Shown: positions 58,907-64,000 of the stretch, piece by piece
Layout of the letters: each line of letters begins with the position of its first letter
Position numbering within the stretch: the stretch's first letter is position 1
Assembly: GCA_023251455.1 (NCBI GenBank)
Contig: JAHEYT010000046.1
Coordinates: 6,258-70,257 of the forward strand
From: Bacteroidota bacterium
GTDB lineage: Bacteria; Bacteroidota; Bacteroidia; Bacteroidales; Prolixibacteraceae
Direction: 5' to 3'
Length of the DNA stretch: 64,000 nucleotides
Made by a program: the position numbers and the translations under genes
Notes under the pieces: model-generated
What the model saw: only the letters and a program-made list of their open reading frames with translations
Database searches by the model: none
Told to the model about the DNA's origin: nothing

Positions 58907-59881
58907 ATGAAACGACTAATTCTTTGCCTGGCCATTTTCTTATCAACTTTCATCGTTTGGGCACAGCTAGCCCCAAAGTACGCGATAGTCATTCATGGAG
59001 GAGCTGGCGTAATGGATCAAAAAGATATGACTCCGGAAATCCAAAAAGAATATCTCATAGTGCTGAATCGTGCTCTGCAGATTGGCGATTCGGTGCTTTC
59101 TCATGGTGGAACTTGCCTGGATGCAGTTGAAAAAACGATTGTAATCATGGAAGATTCGCCACTTTTTAATGCCGGGAAAGGAGCTGTTTTTACGCACGAC
59201 GGACTGGTTGAACTGGACGCTTCGATAATGGAAGGCTTGTCTCTGAAAGCCGGAGCCATAGCAGCTGTCAGAGATATTAAAAATCCAATCAGGGTGGCGC
59301 GTACAGTTATGGAAAAATCGGAACATGTATTACTCAATGGCATGGGAGCATCGCAGTTTGCCAAAGAGCAAGGTTTTGCGCCAGTAGAAAACAGCTATTT
59401 CCACACCGAAAAGCGACTAAAATCACTTCAGGAATTATTAAAGAAGGAAAGGGAAACCACAACCAACGACAAACATGGAACCGTTGGCTGCGTGGCACTC
59501 GATAGCTTCGGTAACATTGCTGCCGGAACCTCAACGGGTGGAATGACGAATAAAAAATATGGCCGCATTGGCGACTCACCCATCATAGGCGCCGGAACTT
59601 ACGCTAACAACGAAACCGGTGGATTCTCGTGCACCGGTCATGGCGAATATTACATCCGGCTGGGATTTTCCAGGGATATTTCGGCCTTGATGGAATATAA
59701 AAAACTGTCGGTTCAGGAAGCTTGCCGGGAAGAAGTCGGTAAACTGACTAAACTCGGAGGCACCGGCGGAGTGATAGGACTCGACAAAAAAGGAAATGTT
59801 GCCATGGAATTCAACACTTCCGGAATGTTCCGTGGCTACATCAAATCGAACGGAGAAAAGAAAGTGGCCATTTTTAAGTAG
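58907..59881 (+). CDS. iaaA: Isoaspartyl peptidase / L-asparaginase (Ntn hydrolase)
   Basis: IHGGAG, FNAGKG, GTVGCVA, TSTGG, GRIGDSP, TGHGE. Confidence 0.88.
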   Translation: MKRLILCLAIFLSTFIVWAQLAPKYAIVIHGGAGVMDQKDMTPEIQKEYLIVLNRALQIGDSVLSHGGTCLDAVEKTIVIMEDSPLFNAGKGAVFTHDGLVELDASIMEGLSLKAGAIAAVRDIKNPIRVARTVMEKSEHVLLNGMGASQFAKEQGFAPVENSYFHTEKRLKSLQELLKKERETTTNDKHGTVGCVALDSFGNIAAGTSTGGMTNKKYGRIGDSPIIGAGTYANNETGGFSCTGHGEYYIRLGFSRDISALMEYKKLSVQEACREEVGKLTKLGGTGGVIGLDKKGNVAMEFNTSGMFRGYIKSNGEKKVAIFK

Positions 59882-59943
59882 GAAATAAAGCAGAACTTTA
59901 CCTATTTTTGACCAACCTAAATTTACCTGAGCCTTCCTTGAAA

Positions 59944-60528
59944 ATGAACGATCTTCAAACAGAACAAGAGCTGGTGGCCTTATTGCAGAAAGGCTCCATA
60001 ACTGCCTTTGAAGGATTATTTGAGCAATACAGCCAGAAATTGTATCGTTTTTCGTTTTCGTACCTGAAATCCGAATCCGAGTCAGAAGATGTGGTTCAGG
60101 AAGTTTTTCTTAAAATATGGGAGAACCGCACCCGCCTGAAAACCGGAAGCTCGTTTCAATCGTACCTGTTTACCATAGCATTTAATTCAATCCGTAAAAA
60201 CTTCAACAAAAAGGCAAGGCAGAATCAGTTTCGTACTGATTTGTTCGATTTTCTTTCGGTCGACAACTTATCGCTGGAAAATCACCCCGATTATGAAACT
60301 CTATTATCAAAACTTGATGAGTTGATTGACCAAATGCCAGCCCGCCGGAAAGAGATTTTCCTGAAACGTAAGAAAGAAGGAAAGTCGGTACGCGACATAG
60401 CTGACAACATGAACATCTCTCCAAAAACCGTTGAAAATCAAATCACGGAAGCGATGAACTATCTTAAAAATGAATTCAATAAAGACCGGATTTCGGGAAT
60501 GTTGTTTTTTTACATTTTTCTGGAGTAA
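59944..60528 (+). CDS. ECF RNA polymerase sigma-70 factor
   Basis: EDVVQEVFLKIWE, YLFTIAFN, ISPKTVENQI. Confidence 0.92.
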   Translation: MNDLQTEQELVALLQKGSITAFEGLFEQYSQKLYRFSFSYLKSESESEDVVQEVFLKIWENRTRLKTGSSFQSYLFTIAFNSIRKNFNKKARQNQFRTDLFDFLSVDNLSLENHPDYETLLSKLDELIDQMPARRKEIFLKRKKEGKSVRDIADNMNISPKTVENQITEAMNYLKNEFNKDRISGMLFFYIFLE

Positions 60529-60611
60529 AAACTTCATTTCTGAATGGGGGTTTTTCCCATTTCAGGATATAACGGTTACAAAACACGAATAAAAGTGTGT
60601 GACCGACTGAT

Positions 60612-61646
60612 ATGAATGAGAAAATTGACTATAAAATCCTGAAAAAATTTGCCTTGGGGAAATACTCCCTAAAAGATTTTAAACAGGTTACCAACTGGTT
60701 TGAGGATACCACCAACGAAACCGAACTAAAAAACGCTATCCAGCAGCATTGGCAAGAGTTTTCGGAGGAAACTTCAGAAAATAAGAAAGATCTGAACTCG
60801 ATTCTTGACCAGCTCAAACAAAAAATTGCGGACCAAAAACCGGTTGTTAATTTCAGGATCAGGGCACAACGGTTTTACACCCGGGCCGCAGCAATCCTGC
60901 TCCTTCCGCTCATTCTTTATTCCATCTACTCCACTTTCTTTAGTCATCAGCCAACAGAAATGGCTGCTTCCATCGAAATCGTTTCGCCACACGGAGCACG
61001 CACCAAATTTCAACTGCCCGACGGAACCTTGGGTTGGCTCAACGGTGGTTCGAGCCTAAAATACACCAACACTTTTCTGACCAAACGAAATATTGATCTG
61101 GTTGGTGAAGCCTGGTTCGAAGTGGCACACAATGAAAAGCGACCATTCGTGGTGCATACCAAAGTTCTCGCTGTACAGGTGTTGGGCACCAAATTTAATG
61201 TTACTGCTTTTCCTGAAGAAAATGTGACCGAAGTGGTTTTACTGGAAGGTAAAATTAACGTGAATGGATACAAGGGTTTATATAACGCTGACGTAAAACC
61301 GGATCAAAAACTCACGTATGACAATAACTTGCTGTCGGGCACCATTCAGGAAGTTAAAGCCAGTCAGTTTAGCGCATGGAAAGACGGACTACTGGTTTTC
61401 AGGAACGAACCTCTTTCGGAAGTACTAAAACGGGTAAGCCGCTGGTACAATGTTGATATTGTGATTAATGATCCGGAATTAGAAAGTTTAAGGTATCGGG
61501 CAACATTTCAGGAAGAACAGGTAGAGGAAGTAATCCGCCTGATTTCGCTTACGGTTCCAATTGAATATTCGTTCAATAGCCGGGAGATAGACGGCGATGG
61601 CGTATTCAAAAAGCGAACGATAACCATACATAAAAAGAATAACTAG
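60612..61646 (+). CDS. FecR-family anti-sigma factor
   Basis: Single TM helix, LPDGTLGWLN, GEAWFEV, VLGTKFNV, AWKDG. Confidence 0.92.
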   Translation: MNEKIDYKILKKFALGKYSLKDFKQVTNWFEDTTNETELKNAIQQHWQEFSEETSENKKDLNSILDQLKQKIADQKPVVNFRIRAQRFYTRAAAILLLPLILYSIYSTFFSHQPTEMAASIEIVSPHGARTKFQLPDGTLGWLNGGSSLKYTNTFLTKRNIDLVGEAWFEVAHNEKRPFVVHTKVLAVQVLGTKFNVTAFPEENVTEVVLLEGKINVNGYKGLYNADVKPDQKLTYDNNLLSGTIQEVKASQFSAWKDGLLVFRNEPLSEVLKRVSRWYNVDIVINDPELESLRYRATFQEEQVEEVIRLISLTVPIEYSFNSREIDGDGVFKKRTITIHKKNN

Positions 61647-61688
61647 TTTGAATTCAAAATATTAACTAAACAATGAGCATAAAAAAAA

Positions 61689-61717
61689 TCAGGAAAGTAT
61701 TACGAGTACTTTCCTGA
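61689..61717 (+). promoter_or_regulatory. Inverted repeat between fecR and susC
   Basis: TCAGGAAAGTA-N7-TACTTTCCTGA, preceded by an A run. Confidence 0.55.
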
Positions 61718-61773
61718 CAAAGAAGTAGCGAATAAAACGGTAAAATTTTAATTAACACTACAAATGTAAAACT

Positions 61774-64000
61774 ATGAAAAAAAATCGAGAACCCTGGGTA
61801 TGGGACAGCTATACCCTCAAAAAATGCCTGACCATTATGAAATTAAGTGTATTTCTATTTTTCCTAAGTATCATTCAGGTTTTAGCAATCGACGGTTATT
61901 CACAACAAACACGATTGTCGCTGAAATTTAGTAAAGCAAGTCTGGAACGTGTTCTGGATGAAATTGAGAACAAAAGCGAATTCTATTTCCTTTACAATCA
62001 AGACATTGTCAACACAAAAAAGGTTGTTGATCTGGATGTGAAGGAAGAAAAGATTGAAGAGGTATTAAACACTTTGTTTGTTGGTACCAACATTAAATAT
62101 ACCATTAGCGAGCGCCAGATCGTGCTGACTAATTCTGAAAATCAATCAGGATTGAATTTTCCTTCAGGGCAGCAGAAATCAGTAGAAGGCAAAGTAACCG
62201 ACACTACCGGCGCCCCATTGCCCGGAGTTTCGGTTGTAGTAAAAGGTACAACTACCGGAACAATTACCGATTTCGATGGAAAGTTCTCACTAAACAATTT
62301 TCCTCAGAATGCGACTTTGCTGTTTTCGTTTGTTGGAATGAAGACACAGGAGATTTCGGTTGGAAACAAGACTTCAATTTCCGTAGTTATGGAAGACGAA
62401 ACCGTTGGTATTGACGAAGTTGTTGCCATTGGCTATGGAACTGTTCGTAAAAAAGATTTAACAGGAGCAGTTGCATCAATTGGCACGAAAACAATTAAAG
62501 ATCTTCCGATATCGCACCCGAGTCAGGCCTTGCAAGGACAAATTGCCGGTGTTGATGTTAAGCAGTCGTCGGCAACACCAGGAGGCGGAACAGTAATCCG
62601 GGTTCGTGGCGCGGGCTCTATTTCAGCATCAAGTTCACCGCTGTATGTGGTTGACGGATATCCGCTGGGCGACCAAAACTTAAATGCGGTAAATCCTAAC
62701 GACATCGAATCTATCGAGATACTGAAAGATGCATCAGCAGCTGCAATTTACGGTTCCAGGGGAGCCAACGGTGTTGTACTCATCACCACAAAATCAGGAA
62801 AATCGGGGAAACTAAATATCAACTTCGATACTTATGCCGGTATTCAGCAAGTTGGAAAGAAAATGGACGTGCTTAACCGCGATCAATTTATCGAGTACTC
62901 AAAAGAGGCTTTCAACACAAACTATCTCAATAAAGTTGCCGGAGCAAAAGCAAGCGACCCACTAAGCGTAAGGCCAAGTGCAAGCCGCTATAAATATCCT
63001 GAAGCTTTTGACACCAACCCATCAGGGTTACCCGATACCGATTGGCAAGACGAGATTTTCAGAAGCGCACCTGTCCAGAATTATCAGCTTTCACTTTCAG
63101 GAGGCGATGCGAAAACTCAATACATGTTCTCCGGCGGGTATTACAGCCAGGATGGAATTGTTATAAATACAGACTACGAACGGTATAACGCAAGAGCTAA
63201 AGTTGATTCAAAACTGACAGACTTCTTGAAAATTGGAATTAACCTTACCTCCTATTACAGCCAGGAAAACAGGCTGAATGAAGGACATTGGGCTGGTGAT
63301 GGTGTTGTTCTTGCTGCATTAGCTACATCCCCAATAGTTCCGGTATATAATGCAAACGGGACTTTTGGTTCGCAAGCTATGTACGCAGTGCAAAGCGACG
63401 GATTGACAGGTGTTACAAATGCAGTTGCCAACTCTACCATTAAGAATTACTACACTACTGCACGTGTGCTGGCCAATATGTATGCCGAAATCGACCTATA
63501 CAAAGGGCTAAAATTTAAAACTACAATTGGCGGCGACATTGTAAATGTTCGCAGAACTAATTTCAGGCCATCAACAGTTCCGGCTAATGGTGTAGTTGCT
63601 CCACTACCTTCAACTTTCAGAAGCGGAGTTGCCAGCACCAATCAGAACTTCAACTGGCTGAATGAAAATACATTAAACTACAGCACCAAGTTTGGCAGCA
63701 AACATGCACTTGACGCGGTTGCAGGTTTTACAGTCCAGAAAAACATTTGGGATTCGAATGAAGCTTCGGGCTCCGATTTTCCTGACGACATCATCCAAAC
63801 CATAGGCGTTGCTAAAGTAAAAACAGGGGCATCTGACCGTAGTGAATGGTCAATGGTTTCTTATTTAGGTAGGGTAAATTACCGTTTTATGGACAAATAT
63901 TATTTAACAGCATCCATTCGTTCTGACGGCTCTTCCCGCTTTGGTAAAAATAAAAAATACGGATATTTCCCTTCTGCATCAATTGCATGGCGTGCTTCTG
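61774..64000 (+). CDS. SusC/RagA TonB-dependent transporter with N-terminal STN signalling extension, runs off the window
   Basis: Absent from the ORF track. The frame from ATG 61774 gives IDEVVAIGYG, PLYVVDG, DIESIEILKDASAAAIYGSRGANGV and RSDGSSRFG. Confidence 0.93.
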   Translation, partial: MKKNREPWVWDSYTLKKCLTIMKLSVFLFFLSIIQVLAIDGYSQQTRLSLKFSKASLERVLDEIENKSEFYFLYNQDIVNTKKVVDLDVKEEKIEEVLNTLFVGTNIKYTISERQIVLTNSENQSGLNFPSGQQKSVEGKVTDTTGAPLPGVSVVVKGTTTGTITDFDGKFSLNNFPQNATLLFSFVGMKTQEISVGNKTSISVVMEDETVGIDEVVAIGYGTVRKKDLTGAVASIGTKTIKDLPISHPSQALQGQIAGVDVKQSSATPGGGTVIRVRGAGSISASSSPLYVVDGYPLGDQNLNAVNPNDIESIEILKDASAAAIYGSRGANGVVLITTKSGKSGKLNINFDTYAGIQQVGKKMDVLNRDQFIEYSKEAFNTNYLNKVAGAKASDPLSVRPSASRYKYPEAFDTNPSGLPDTDWQDEIFRSAPVQNYQLSLSGGDAKTQYMFSGGYYSQDGIVINTDYERYNARAKVDSKLTDFLKIGINLTSYYSQENRLNEGHWAGDGVVLAALATSPIVPVYNANGTFGSQAMYAVQSDGLTGVTNAVANSTIKNYYTTARVLANMYAEIDLYKGLKFKTTIGGDIVNVRRTNFRPSTVPANGVVAPLPSTFRSGVASTNQNFNWLNENTLNYSTKFGSKHALDAVAGFTVQKNIWDSNEASGSDFPDDIIQTIGVAKVKTGASDRSEWSMVSYLGRVNYRFMDKYYLTASIRSDGSSRFGKNKKYGYFPSASIAWRAS

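Overview
64 kb of a Bacteroidota chromosome, probably Bacteroidales/Marinilabiliales (Prolixibacteraceae-like). This is inferred from TAnnTTTG promoters, PorQ, SusC and BlaI/M56-TonB genes. The window is mostly housekeeping and envelope genes: thpR (partial), panE, prfC, hemH, ppnP, porQ, folP, cdaA, an M16 peptidase pair, an S9 peptidase, GH97, and an ECF sigma/FecR/SusC locus (SusC partial). It also has an ffs-tRNA(Thr/Tyr/Gly) operon and a 12 kb cluster of PAS histidine kinases and response regulators. I found no transposase, integrase, prophage, CRISPR array or defence system. The most unusual signals are small-scale: (1) a REP palindrome inserted in frame into a kinase ATPase domain; (2) a kinase split by a single in-frame TGA; (3) a 201 bp MITE-like nested palindrome with a 9 bp target duplication; (4) several other REP-like families and 7/8-mer arrays; (5) a cytoplasmic helical-repeat protein with a catalytically degenerate GH16-like domain; (6) a tRNA-Gly with a compensatory A19-U56 pair. 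I cannot claim a demonstrably new multi-gene system from sequence alone. All family assignments come from motif recognition, not database searches.
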